Assembly: GCA_951406725.2 (NCBI GenBank)
Contig: OX597823.1
Location: 11,160,001-11,224,000 of the forward strand
DNA length: 64,000 bases
Source of the DNA: Octopus vulgaris
Taxonomy: Eukaryota
Reading direction: 5' to 3'
Part shown: positions 12,491-25,187 of the stretch, in pieces
How positions within the stretch are numbered: the first letter of the stretch is position 1
Layout: the number at the start of each line of letters is the position of its first letter
Position numbers and translations under genes: made by a program
The notes under the pieces: model-generated
Seen by the model: only the letters and a program-made list of their open reading frames with translations
What the model was told of the DNA's origin: nothing
The model's database searches: none

Positions 12491-12816
12491 TGATATTAGG
12501 TCTTTTACATGAGCTGATCAGCCAGAATGGCCATCTTAAAAAATATTCCGTTAAAAGTTTAACAAACATGGATTTAGACTAATGGTGGGTTGGAGGACTG
12601 TACTGGGTTACTTGATCAACTAGAAATAATAACAAAATCTCACTCAAATCACATCCTACTGCCTTTAAGAAAGAAAAGAATACACTGGATAATGTAGTTT
12701 GGATATTTCTAAAATTACAATGTAGGCACAGGCATTCTTGTCCTGATTGCTAAACAACAACTAAAGTATTATGTCTCATAATTAATTGTATGTATGCATG
12801 TGTGTGCATATATATG

Positions 12817-12873
<57 letters not shown>

Positions 12874-13075
12874 TCACATACATATATTGTAAAGTTCTAG
12901 TCAACAACATGAACTTTGTAATAAATTTGATATTACACTTAACATTGAGTCATCTTATCAATATGTATCTATATATCTATATCAAAATAAGCAACACGGA
13001 GTCATTCTTGTTGCTTATTTTGATTATAATCACCCCACGGATTTTTATGGATAACACCATACAAAATTCTGGTGC

Positions 13076-13140
13076 ATCTAAATTAAGTACCATATTCATT
13101 TGAATCTAAATTAAGTACCATATTCATTTGAATCTAAATT
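13076..13140. repeat. 28-bp tandem duplication
   Basis: atctaaattaagtaccatattcatttga x2.3. Confidence 0.9.
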
Positions 13141-13165
13141 TTTGCTGAACCTATATATATATACA

Positions 13166-13222
<57 letters not shown>

Positions 13223-13301
13223 ATGTATGTATACATATATTTATATATCTTTGTGTATATATAAGTATGTGTACATGTATGTATATATATATGTATGTAT
13301 G

Positions 13302-13345
<44 letters not shown>

Positions 13346-13481
13346 GCATGCACACACACACTTACACATAGATGTACATATGTACCTATAATTGACAGTA
13401 ACTGATGATATACCTTATATATATATATATATATATAAATATTTATTTATTAATGTTTATTTATTAATATTTAATAGTTAT

Positions 13482-13572
13482 CAGAAGTAACCAACTTACT
13501 CAAGGTCCAAGAGTTTTGTGCGTTGGCACTTGGCACGAAGCTCTCAGACCTTGAGTCAGCCTCTTACTTCTG
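13482..13572. other. Imperfect inverted repeat (40-bp arms, 11-nt loop)
   Basis: cagaagtaa...actcaaggtc..agagttttgtgc / gcacgaagctct..gaccttgagt...ttacttctg; 31/40 Watson-Crick pairs by hand count. Confidence 0.8.
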
Positions 13573-14490
13573 CTAAATACTAAATATCAATAGAGATATA
13601 CATATACTCATATTTTAAGTTCTAGATTTCCTGTTTGCACCAACTTACCTGTGTATATATATATATAATATATTAATAAATAAAACATATGCATGTATAT
13701 ATACATATATGTACGTACCTACCTCTACATGTATATATACATGCATATATGAAGGACACCAAAAAAACATCGTACACAATGAGAAACGAAATCATAGACA
13801 CAAACCCAAGGAACTGGACATTTTTCTTAAACAACAAAAAAATAGTGTACAGGACAAATAACACAAGGAAAAAACCCCTTCTTCAGTCGCCATGGTTTCA
13901 TCTACTCTACGTTTCGAAGGTGACAACTGCTATTGTGCTGGATCTCTGAGCAAGATGCTTTATTCCACTGGTGTGTTTGTTCAAAAAGTCAAATAAACAA
14001 CTAAAATACAGGTTCCACTCCACTCTATCTTATTCATTTGAGTAGTTAGCAAGGGCATCCATGCAGTTGTACAAATAATTGGTATAACAAAAACAAGAAT
14101 GAAAAAAAAAAAAAATACTAATTATTTCTGAAATGTGTTATGTCATCCAATGTAAGGTCTAATGAATTTCTTTATGTGAAGAAAAATATATTTCTATAGC
14201 TGAACTTCATTTCCTGTTATAGAAACACAAATCTCTCCTGCATGTTCTTAATATCTTCCAAGTTCTTATGAGTTATAAGATTCTTGACACAATATAAGCA
14301 ATTACTTTCCCTATCAAAGATTTCCAACTAACCAAATACTATTTCTTACTCTTTGTTGTATTAGCACTTTCAGTGATAGAATTTTTCTATTTATCCTCTT
14401 TGTCAATGATATATAACTTGTCAAGTAGATTTCCAATAATCATTTCTGTTCCATAAAACCTATAAGATTAGCTTTTCCCAACACTCTCTT

Positions 14491-14544
<54 letters not shown>

Positions 14545-16184
14545 AAAATAAGAAAATGTACCTTCTCTCAATTGTGTGGCTTCTTTCTATCTCCTCAAGG
14601 TTTAGTTTGAGATTGTGTAAAATGGATTTATTTTTGTCTATTATTTGCTGTAAGTGAAAATAAATATAAAATAATCATAGAAAGATGAAACTCTATTTAC
14701 CACTTACATTTTCATTTGTGATTTTAATACCATATTTTTCAGTGATATGGTTTCATTTTCCATACTAAAACTAACAATTTTGATAAACATTATTATTCTT
14801 CAATATTTATGTTTGGAAATATTAGCTTCATACTTTGTCATAAGTTCAAATTCTGCTACGTCAGGTTTTATTTATCACTTAGTCTGCTTTATTCAATTTA
14901 TAGGAAAGTATACAGTATGCAGAGTTAAATGGTGGGTTTTATTCAAATTTTCTCTGTTTTAAAACTTTTGGATTAACATTCATATTATTATTGTTATCCT
15001 TGTCATCTTCATCTTTGCCTCTGCCATCATCTTTATTGTTGTTGCTTAGTCCCAAGACAAACCCTCAGGAAAGCCATAATTTTCCCAGCTGTTTTTGTAT
15101 TATTTTTTGCTTTTTAGTAATGGCATATCATGGATGACATATCATTTATCCCATTTTTTTTCTTCTTAAGATGGCAGAATGTGGTTTTAAGGGAATTAGT
15201 TGTTATTTTAGTAAATCAAATAATCATGGATTGGCTTTCTTATGGGTGCAAACATTTGTGTGTTCATATGTGAAGCAAATAATTAAGTCTATAATTGAGT
15301 TTCAGTTTTGTTTGGCAAAAAAGTGACAGCTTCATTCATAAGCATTCACACGAAAAAATATATAATCTCACCTTGTCATTCATTTCCATATCCACAAATA
15401 TATAGGTTGTGTTTTGTAGCTATTTTACTTGTGCTCATGTGGTTGTTTTACACATAACACAACAGTACCCTCTACAGTATGCAAATACAATATGATTGCT
15501 ATCATTGAAAGGGAATATGAAAGTATTTTAAACAGTATGACTATTCATCTTTAACCTTCCCTAAGGATTAATCATGTATGTGTTTCTGAGAAAAAAGTTT
15601 TGTACCTGATGGTTTCATTACATACCTTTTTGTGGCAGGTTTCATGTCAGTGTCAACTTGGAATTTCATCCTTCTGGAAACTAACTATAAAATAGCTATG
15701 ATATGGTTTGGAGTCAGGTAACCAACTAAAAGATTCCTAGCATTCTTGCATCCTTTCCTCTTTAAGCTGGCACTGGAGTCTATGACTGTTTTCTATACCA
15801 ACATTATACTGAGGATGCTGAAGGGAAACTCTGAGATCTACATATGACACATTTTTAACTGAAAACCCTGGATCTAGCTTGGACCATGGCACAAAAGGAC
15901 AATTTGATTTTGCTTTCTTAGATTGCTAAAAATAATATTAATGGTGATAGCAATAATCAGTTGTAACTTTGGTAAAAGTCCATGCATTCTGAAAGAGAGA
16001 ATAATTTATTCTGTCAACCCTAGTATTTGACTAATACTTAATTTTATTGGCTTTAGGAATTAAAATCAAAATGTAAAGAATAAAGAACAAAGCTAAATAT
16101 GGCAATGCATTTTCTGTAATACTCTACTAATTCTGATGCTTTTCTATTTATAATAATAATAATAATAATAATAATGATGATGAT

Positions 16185-16490
16185 GATTTCTACTATTGAC
16201 ACAAGGCCTGAATTTTGGGGGAAGGGGATAGTTGATAATATTGACTCCAATGCACAACTGATACTTATTTCATAACCCCACAAAGGATGAAAAACAAAGT
16301 CAACCTCAGTGGAATCTGAACTCAGAACATAATAAATAATGAGGATGATAATTGTTTCTATTATAGGCACAAGGTCTGAGATTAAGAGGAGAGGTTTAGT
16401 CAATTAAATGAACTCCGGTACATGATTGGTACTTTATTGAGGATATGAAAGGTAAAGGTGATGCTTGCAGGATTTGAACTCAGATAGAAA
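16185..16490 (-). mobile_element. Two adjacent decayed SINE family B 3' parts
   Basis: cacaaggcctgaattttgggggaagggg...aaaggatgaaaaacaaagtcaacctcagtggaatctgaactcagaac, repeated at ~16350-16490. Confidence 0.7.
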
Positions 16491-16498
16491 AACCATAC

Positions 16499-16552
<54 letters not shown>

Positions 16553-16830
16553 GTATGTATAGTTATGTGTATGTATATATTTATATGTATGTGTACATAT
16601 GTAGGTATGTGTGTGCACATATGTGTGAGTATATGTATGTATATGAGTGTGTGTATATATATATGTATATATGTGTGTATATGTAAACTCTCCCTATATA
16701 TATATATGCAAATATGTATGTATATATGTATGCATATATATGTATATATATGTATGCATAAATGTATAAATACATGTGTTTGTGTGTGTATAAATTATAG
16801 ACAATGGTGAATGTAAATTTAGTGGTATGG

Positions 16831-16886
<56 letters not shown>

Positions 16887-17142
16887 AGAGAGAGAGAGAT
16901 GGATACTTTTTCTCTTTCTTGGTGGAAAATACTAATTGAGACTTAACTTTTCATTACTTAGCAACTATAAATAGTATAATAAATACACAAAGAAGGAGGT
17001 AAAAATAATTCAGATCACTTTTTGTTTCCAATGTTTGTTATTTATTTTTTATTTTTCTTCTTTTATTTTTCATTATCTACATACATCTGTATATTTGCTG
17101 CATATATCAAGAACATAGAAGTGGTATAGAAAGGGAGAGGGT

Positions 17143-17179
<37 letters not shown>

Positions 17180-17405
17180 GGGATTAACCCAATCAATAAT
17201 TGAGCACTTACATTTGTTTCTAATTGGGCTGTATAAGTTGATGCTTTAATTGATGTTTGTCTACTGTTTCATGAAAACAACAACAACAGTAGCAGCTTGA
17301 ACAACAATAACTACTATGATGGTGATAGCAAAATCCCCGTGTCATTGTAGCAGTCATAAGTTTCTTAAATAACAGTTATTTCTGGAAGAGCTCAGCCGAG
17401 AAGAA

Positions 17406-17436
<31 letters not shown>

Positions 17437-18108
17437 CAAAACAAAACAAAGCAATTAAATTACAGCAAAAATATATAGTTATTTTCTTTGTCAGACAAAC
17501 AACATATACTACTATTTACATCTATCTCTATATAGGTATCTACCCATCTATGTACCTATCTTCTCCGTTTATCAATTTACCTATTTACCTCTCTTTCTCT
17601 CTCCCTCTCCCATGTATAGACACATACATACACACACACACTCACACACACAGTGTTCACGCTTTGTACATCTGGATGAACTTTGAAGTGGAAATATCTT
17701 ATAAAAAGACTTTAAACTCTCACACACTCACACATGTAAACATACAAAATAAGAATTAAAAAGATGCTGTGGTAAGTGTTGCATTTGTCTTTAACTACTT
17801 TCTATTATAAATTAGCATTTGTACATTTTATGTACTAATGCAATTTCTCTACAATAAATTAATTGTAAAATACAGTATCAATGAAAATCCCTAAATGAAT
17901 GCTGTATTTTATGAAAATAATTTCTTGAATGAGTTTTATGTGCACCAAAATATATTACATCTCTTAATTTTGTAATTGGGAAAAAAAGAAAATGCTAATT
18001 ACTCCAAAATTATAAAGTCAATGATTTATTAGTTTTTGGCAATAGTTTTCAGAAAATTAAACATACATTATAGTATTCATTACATTTAGATTATATATAA
18101 ATATATAT

Positions 18109-18273
18109 ACGGAGTGGTTGGCGTTAGGAAGGGCATCCAGCCGTAGAAACACTGCCAGATCAGACTGGGCCTGATGCAGCCTTCTGGCTTCACAGACCCC
18201 AGTTGAACCATCCAACCCATGCTAGCATGGAAAGCGGATGCTAAATGATGATGATGATGATGATGATGATGAT
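18109..18273 (+). mobile_element. RTE-type 3' UTR with (TGA)n tail
   Basis: ggagtggttggcgttaggaagggcatccagc...aacccatgctagcatggaaagcggatgctaaa(tga)n; same as 49318, 52223, 53548. Confidence 0.85.
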
Positions 18274-19059
18274 ATATATATATATATATATATATAAACA
18301 ACCCAGCCTAAATTCTAACATAATTTGATTTGCATTTACACCAAAACTGATACCTATTTACTTTAAGGAAATTGCCTTGCAAAAGAACTAGTCTACTGTA
18401 CTAAGGTAAATATCAAATTTAACCTCCATAATGGTTTAACCAACAATTCTTTCAAAGGAAGATTCAATCAACCTATGCATACATTTCAAAATGTAAACAA
18501 AGCAAAATGTGTGGTTATCAAGTTATATTTGAACATTAAAGTTCACTAAACTTCCTTTCAGATATCAACTACAAAATTTTATCTTTTACAAAAGCAATTT
18601 TCCCAGCTATGTATCTTTGAATCATATGAAATATTTCTCTTCCATTTTCCATTTCTAGTTCACTCTAGAAAATTATTCACTTCTTGTAGCCTTGGGATTT
18701 AAAACTCTAAAATACTTTAAACCTATTATATTCTCTAATCACTAATAATGTCCCTTATATTTTTCCACAGAACTTGCACAATTTTCTCTAAAGTTTGAAT
18801 GACTTCTACATTGTACCCTGTATATATTGTACCCTATAACATTCTCTTTCTCCCCTTATGTGTAGGAATTAAACTTTCCCAACATACACTTTATCATTAT
18901 AAAGATCAATACAGTTCACTGAAAATCAGTGTTGATCATTTATAATTAGCACATGATTCTCAGATGATTTATATATATATATGCAGTCATGCATGCATGT
19001 TTGTTTATATGCTGATATATATGTATGTATGTATGTTCAAACACACACACACACATATA

Positions 19060-19140
<81 letters not shown>

Positions 19141-19164
19141 ATATGTGTATATATATATATATAT

Positions 19165-19445
19165 ATGGGCAAATCGAAAATTAAAAAGAGCAAATAATAA
19201 AACAACAAAAGTCAAAAGGACTTACACATGATGGAGTGTATTAGCTTGACATTCAGTATAAGATGGAAAGCAGAGTGGGTGTATAACGTTTTGGGGCTTG
19301 GCTCTTTGTCAGAAAGAGGAGAAACAAAAAGTCTAGAGAAGGAAGAAATGGTCCAAGAAAATTATGTATGGTTACATGGCTGAAATGACCAGAAGTGGAG
19401 AGAAATAGAGAAAGTGGTTTTTAAGATAGTGTGAAAATGGCCAGT
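19165..19445 (-). mobile_element. Putative Penelope-like element remnant with decayed hammerhead-like motif
   Basis: Minus strand 19316-19284 reads ctttCTGACAAagagccaagccccAAAACGTTA; bounded by microsatellites. Confidence 0.35.
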
Positions 19446-19688
19446 GTGTGTGTGTGTGTGAGATAGTATCTGTGTGTGTGCCATTTGATTTTATGGTGAG
19501 AGGCAAGGGGATGAGTGTGTGAGTGCGTAGGTGTTGGTGTGTGTATGTATGTGTTTATGTGTGTGTATGAGTGTGTGTGAGGGCATGTGTATATGTGCAT
19601 AAGAATGTATGTGTGTGTGTATGAATGTGTGTGAGGGCATGTGTTTGGGTGTGAGTGTGGGCATGTGTGTGTGTATATATATCTACTG

Positions 19689-20069
19689 TGGAGGCACAAT
19701 GGCCCAGTGATTAGGGCAGCGGACTCACGGTCATAGGATTGCGGTTTTGATACCCAAATCAGGTGTTGTAAGTGTTTATTGAGCGAAAACACCTAAAAGC
19801 TCCACAAGGCTCTAGCAGAGGTGGGGGGCAAACCCTGCTGAATTCTTTTACCACAATTTTTTCTCACTCTTTCTCCCTGTTTCTGTTGTACCTGTATTTT
19901 GAAGGGCCATCCTTGTCATACTCTGTGTCACACTGAATCTCCTTGAGAACTGCATTAAGGGTACGCTTGTCTGTGCAGTGCTCAGCCCCTTGCCCGTTAA
20001 TTTCACAAGCAGGCTGTTCCATTGATCAGATTAACTGGAACCCTCGTTACCGTAACTGATGGAGTACCA
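19689..20069 (+). mobile_element. tRNA-derived SINE family C (single copy in window)
   Basis: tRNA-like head ggaggcacaatggcccagtgattagggcagcggactcacggtcataggattgcggttttgataccc followed by a ~300-bp body; GC-richer than flanks. Confidence 0.7.
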
Positions 20070-20187
20070 TGGCGATATATCTACTAATTTCATTTGTGCA
20101 TTAACCTTGGAGCTTCCTTTATTAAACCCATCCATGGGTATTGGCTATCAGATACAATTTTAAACAGAAATGAATAGTTTTATTGAT

Positions 20188-20550
20188 TCCCAGCCACATG
20201 GTCTGGGTCAGTCCCACTGCATGGCACCCTGGGTAAGTTTCTTCTACTATAACCTTGTGCTGACCAAAGACATGTGAATGGATTTGGTAGACAGAAACTG
20301 AAAGAAGCCTGTCATATTTATATATATATGTGTGTTTTTGTGTCTGTGCTTGTCCAACAACCATCACTTGACAACTGATCTTGGCGTGTTTACATCCCTG
20401 TAATTTAGCAGTTCAACAAAAGACGCCAATAAAATAAGTACTAGGCTTACAAAGAATAAGTTCTGGGATTGATTTCTTCAACTAAAACCCTTTAAGGAGG
20501 TGTTCCTGCATGGCTGCAGCCAAATGATTGGAAGAAGTAAAAGAATAAAA
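20188..20550 (+). mobile_element. SINE family A, diverged, 5' end missing
   Basis: ccacatggtctgggtcagtcccactgc...tacaaagaataag...agtaaaagaata. Confidence 0.8.
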
Positions 20551-20674
20551 GGAGGAATACCTAGAGTTTATATTATTATTTACAACGAAAACGGAATGAG
20601 CAATTCATTTAATGAAATAAATTGCTCAGTCCATTTCCCTTGTTTATATGTATCAAGTCAAGAATATGGTAAAA

Positions 20675-20856
20675 ATGTTAGCACACTGGGCAAAATGGTT
20701 AGTGGCATTTTGTTTGTCTTTAGGCTCTGAGTTCAAATTCTGCTGAGGTTGTTTGGGGTCGGTGAAACAAGTACCAGCTTAGTTCTGGGGGTCAAGGTAA
20801 TTGACTAGCTCCCTCCCCCAAAATTGCTGGCTTTGTGCCAAAATTTGAAACCAATA
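20675..20856 (+). mobile_element. SINE family B, diverged
   Basis: gttagcacactgggcaaaatg...ctgagttcaaattc...cccccaaaattgctggctttgtgccaaaatttgaaacc. Confidence 0.75.
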
Positions 20857-21576
20857 CTGATACACACACACACACACACACACACATAAATGTATGTATG
20901 TGTATTTGTTTTTGTATGTAAGTGTATGCGTGTATACATATTTGTATATATCATATATGTATGTGTATACATGTATGCATATTTATATGTAAGTATATTT
21001 GTGTGTGTGTGTATGTACATATGTGTGTGTGTGTATGTGTGTATATATATATATATATACACGTGCACACACACATATACACATATATTTATATTTCTTT
21101 ATCATCAGAATAATTAATTTCTCATACCTATATAAAACATCCTTTCGCATTCACTCATAATTATTAAATCAACCCATTATTCCATATTTGATTGTCTTCT
21201 CTTTATTATTCATCCTTACTCACATCCATATTCTGGCTAATTCTATTTATTTGCTTTCTTCCTTTTCTTGGCTCTGTATCGCTCTATATTTTATGATCTA
21301 TTCACTCTGCCCCTTATATGTATCCATTTAACTGATTTCTGGTTTTTCAATATGGTTTGATGAAGCCAGATTTTTAGCAAAACTTTGAAGTCACTGTCAC
21401 CATTTTAATGTTGACATATATATGTATATATATGATTTCTGTAGCATATCCTGTTAATCATCCCATTGATACAGATTATAACAAGAGACATGGTAAGACA
21501 CACACACACACACACATTAGAGATCCCTATAAGTTTTTATTGCTTTTTTTTTCTTAAGGGGTTAACATATACACAT

Positions 21577-21983
21577 CTCTTTTACTCTTTTACTTGTTTC
21601 AGTCATTTGACTGCGGCCATGCTGGAGCACCGCCTTTAGTCAAGCAAATCGACCCCGGGACTTATTCTTTGTAAGCCCAGTACTTATTCTATCGGTCTCT
21701 TTTGCCGAACTGCTAAGTAACGGGGACGTAAACACACCAGCATTGGTTGTCAAGCAATGCTAGGGGGACAAACACAGACACACAAACACACACGCACACA
21801 CATATATATATACATATATACGACAGGCATCTTTCAGTTTCTGTCTACCAAATCCACTCACAAGGCATTAGTTGGCCCGGGGCTATAGCAGAAGACACTT
21901 GCCCAAGGTGCCACGCAGTGGGACTGAACCCGGAACCATGTGGTTGGTTAGCAAGCTACTTACCACACAGCCACTCCTGCGCC
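21577..21983 (-). mobile_element. SINE family A, full length
   Basis: Reverse complement of the 3361 copy; possible atctct TSD. Confidence 0.92.
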
Positions 21984-22144
21984 TATCTCTAGAAAATTTG
22001 CATGGATTTTAAAGATTTGGGGGGTTTTTTTTTGCTCTTTTGTGGGGCAAGACAGGAAGGAAATGGAAGCGGCTTCAACTAGCTATCAATTACTGAAACC
22101 TTAATTTCATATACATCACTGGTTTCATTGTTGTTATTAACTAT

Positions 22145-22290
22145 AGATGTGGAATAATTGTTTTTCTCTTTCTGCTCCTTTTCACACAATAAACTATGAT
22201 ATTTTGTTGAATACTTTTCTCAATGATATTCCATTGCTTGTCGTTCCTCCACTTTCAAATTGCTTTATTCTTATCTCAAAGGATAATGAT
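22145..22290 (+). pseudogene. Decayed L2/CR1-group RT fragment
   Basis: LSAPFHTINYDILL resembles DLSAAFDTVDHxILL. Confidence 0.4.
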
Positions 22291-22544
22291 GACCTGTGTA
22301 TGAATCATAAGCTGCCCCTGCCACTCTTTCCCCTCCAATTTCTTTGAAGTCACCATGTTTAGTGAAGTCAAAGAATTGCACTATAACCTATTGACTTTAA
22401 AAAAATAGGATACATTGGATCATATAATTGTAGATGCAGTATGTCTGAATGAGGGATGGGATGGCAAAGTCTAAAATACTTCCGATCATAAGTTTACTCA
22501 AACAGGGCTGACTTGGGTTAACCACCAGCAGCAACGGCAACAAT

Positions 22545-22951
22545 AATAATAATGGCTTCAAATTTTGGTACAAGGCCAACAAATTTAAGGGTGGAGGTAA
22601 GTTGGTTATATCAACCCCAAATTGATGGAAACCAAGTTTAGTCTCAGTGGCATTTAAACTTAGAACATAAAGAACCAAAAGAAATGCCGCTAAGCATATT
22701 TTCTGACACTCTAATGATTCTTTTAGCTTGTCATTTGAATAATAATGATAATAATTTGGGGGGGGGGAAGGAGATGAGTTGATTACATCGACCCCAGTGT
22801 TCAACTGGTACTTATTTTATCGATCCTGAAAGGATGAAAGGGAGAGTCAACGTTGGTGAAATTTGAACTCAGAATGTAGCGATGAGCGAAATACCTCTAA
22901 GCATTTTGTTCAATGCGCTAATGATTCTGCCACCTCACCACCTTGATAATG

Positions 22952-22996
<45 letters not shown>

Positions 22997-23280
22997 GTAG
23001 TTAGAAGAAAAAGAAATAAGAAGAAAAATTAGATGGTGTGGGTGATAGAAATTGTAGAGTGTTAGACAAAATGCTTTGCAATATTTAGCGCATTGAATAG
23101 TCAAGCTGGCAAAATTGTTAGCAATCTGGGCAAAATGCGTAGTGGCATTTTGTCCATCTCTATGTTCTGAGTTCAGATTCCACTGGGGTCCACTTTGCCT
23201 TTCATCCTTTTGAGGTTGATGTAATCGACTTGCCCCTTCCCCCAAAATTGCTGGCTTTGTGCCAGAATTTGAAACCAATA
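22545..23280. mobile_element. Cluster of SINE family B copies (two minus, 22545-22945; plus, ~23050-23280) around an (AAT)n tract
   Basis: Repeated tttgcctttcatcc, tgagttcaaattc and ccccaaaattgctggc motifs in both orientations. Confidence 0.75.
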
Positions 23281-23641
23281 TTTAGTTACATTCATTTATG
23301 TACTGATAGAATTCATAGAGGCTTATCTGTATTTCTCATGAAAAGCTTTACACTTGGGTGCAGTTTTGGACACATGGTTAAGAAGACTAATTATAATTTG
23401 CTGCAAGTACCGTGAGATGAATTTAAAGCATATCTTCTCTTACAGCCTTAAACTTCGCCATAATGTAGTAAACCATCACTTTTGCATACCCTGAATCAGC
23501 AATGATAGGATGAGGGTTATATTAGCACAGTTCATTTCAATAATAATATTTCATTGCAGTGATTAATAGCTTCACAGTTTGTAATAAGAAGTATAACAAG
23601 CCATTTCATATAAAACATCAGCTCTTAATTCATGATACTGT

Positions 23642-23870
23642 TTAACCCTTTAGCATTCAGATTACTCTGTCAAATCTAATGCTTATTTATTCACATTGTT
23701 TTGAATCAACCATGCATTGTCTCATAGCTTCAAGATTTCAATAATGTGATTGCTTATTTTTCAGAATCACATTGTGGGATAGGTATGAAAAGTTGGATCT
23801 GGCCAATTTGAGCATAAAACAAGGAGAATATTTGGGCCGGATATGGCCGGTTTGAATGCTAAAGGGTTAA
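23642..23870 (-). mobile_element. piggyBac-type MITE (TTAA TSD)
   Basis: TTAA-CCCTTTAGCATTCA...TGAATGCTAAAGGG-TTAA; reverse complement of 3972-4200. Confidence 0.85.
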
Positions 23871-24398
23871 GACATAATGCTTTGATTAAAGTTTCAGTTT
23901 GATATTATGTGTGTTTGTGTAAATGAAATGAAAATGTGTTGCAAGAAATAATCTCTGAATGATCCGTAGCATACATTTGTACAACAAAGACAAATAAAGC
24001 TATATTAAATACCATGCAAGATAAATTCTTGATATGCTTAAATAATCTTCACTTCTGGCGGAGAAACAACAATTGCTTGGTGGTATTTGGGACAGACTCT
24101 AAATCTTAATGAGAAGGGGGAGATAATCACAAGAAGCAAGAATTGACATGTTACTATGGGAAAGATAATCTGATTGTTTGGAAACAAAAGAACAGCTGTG
24201 GATTTACGTCTCTGGCTCAATAGGTGTATAGTCAGTGCAGCAACTGGCCTACTTTGCCTCCAGTAAAACAAAATAGTTATGCATGCACAAAAGAGTAGAA
24301 CACGTTCGTTTAAGTAATTTTCATAACTGAAACAATCTATTCCAGTGAATATATCAATAATAATGATGATACATATATGAAATATAATATTTAATATA

Positions 24399-24767
24399 GG
24401 CGCAGGAGTGGCTGTGTGGTAAGTAGCTTGCTAACCAACCTTCTGCTATAGCCCCGGGCCGACCAATGCCTTGTGAGTGGATTTGGTAGGCGGAAACTGA
24501 AAGAAGCCTGTCGTATATATGTATATATATGTATATGTGTGTGTGGTGTGTTTGTGTGTCTGCGTTTGTCTCCCTAGCATTGCTTGACAACCGATGCTGG
24601 TGTGTTTACGTCCCCGTCACTTAGCGGTTCGGCAAAAGAGACCGATAGAATAAGTACTAGGCTTACAAAGAATAAGTCCCAGGGTCGATTTGCTCGACTA
24701 AAGGCGGTGCTCCAGCATGGCCGCAGTCAAATGACTGAAACAAGTAAAAGAGTAAAAGAGTAAAAGA
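24399..24767 (+). mobile_element. SINE family A with ~50-bp internal deletion removing the B-box
   Basis: ctaaccaacc joined directly to ttctgctatag. Confidence 0.9.
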
Positions 24768-25069
24768 ATTTATTATTCTACTTCTGTACTACTATGCTTC
24801 AAGTGAACTACAACATTCTTCTTATATATATATATATATATATATAAGACAAGAAAACAGATAAAGCACCTATCTCTTTAGCAAAATGGCCCAGTTTGAT
24901 ATGTGGAAAAGATGTTGGTAGACATTCTATACAATATATCCAGTGCAAACTGTCTCTGGACATATGTATCTCTCATACATCACCATGTACTACCACCTGT
25001 CATATCCCTGTCCCAATTCTATTTCCTCTACTATTTCCTCATGCCAGCATGGAAAATAAATATTGAACA

Positions 25070-25187
25070 GTGATGATGATGATGATGATACCATCAATGA
25101 GGTTGATGATGATATTGATGAGTGTGATATTGATAAGGTTGATGATATCGATGAGGATGATGACATCGATGAGGTTGATGATGATAT
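25070..25187 (+). repeat. 18-bp minisatellite grown from an RTE (GAT)n tail
   Basis: Units like gatgatatcgatgaggtt follow the RTE terminal motif catgccagcatggaaaa. Confidence 0.65.

Noticed and set aside
19689-19765. tRNA-like heads of SINE A, B and C as tRNA genes
   Set aside because: No complete cloverleaf or acceptor stem, and each continues into a SINE body.
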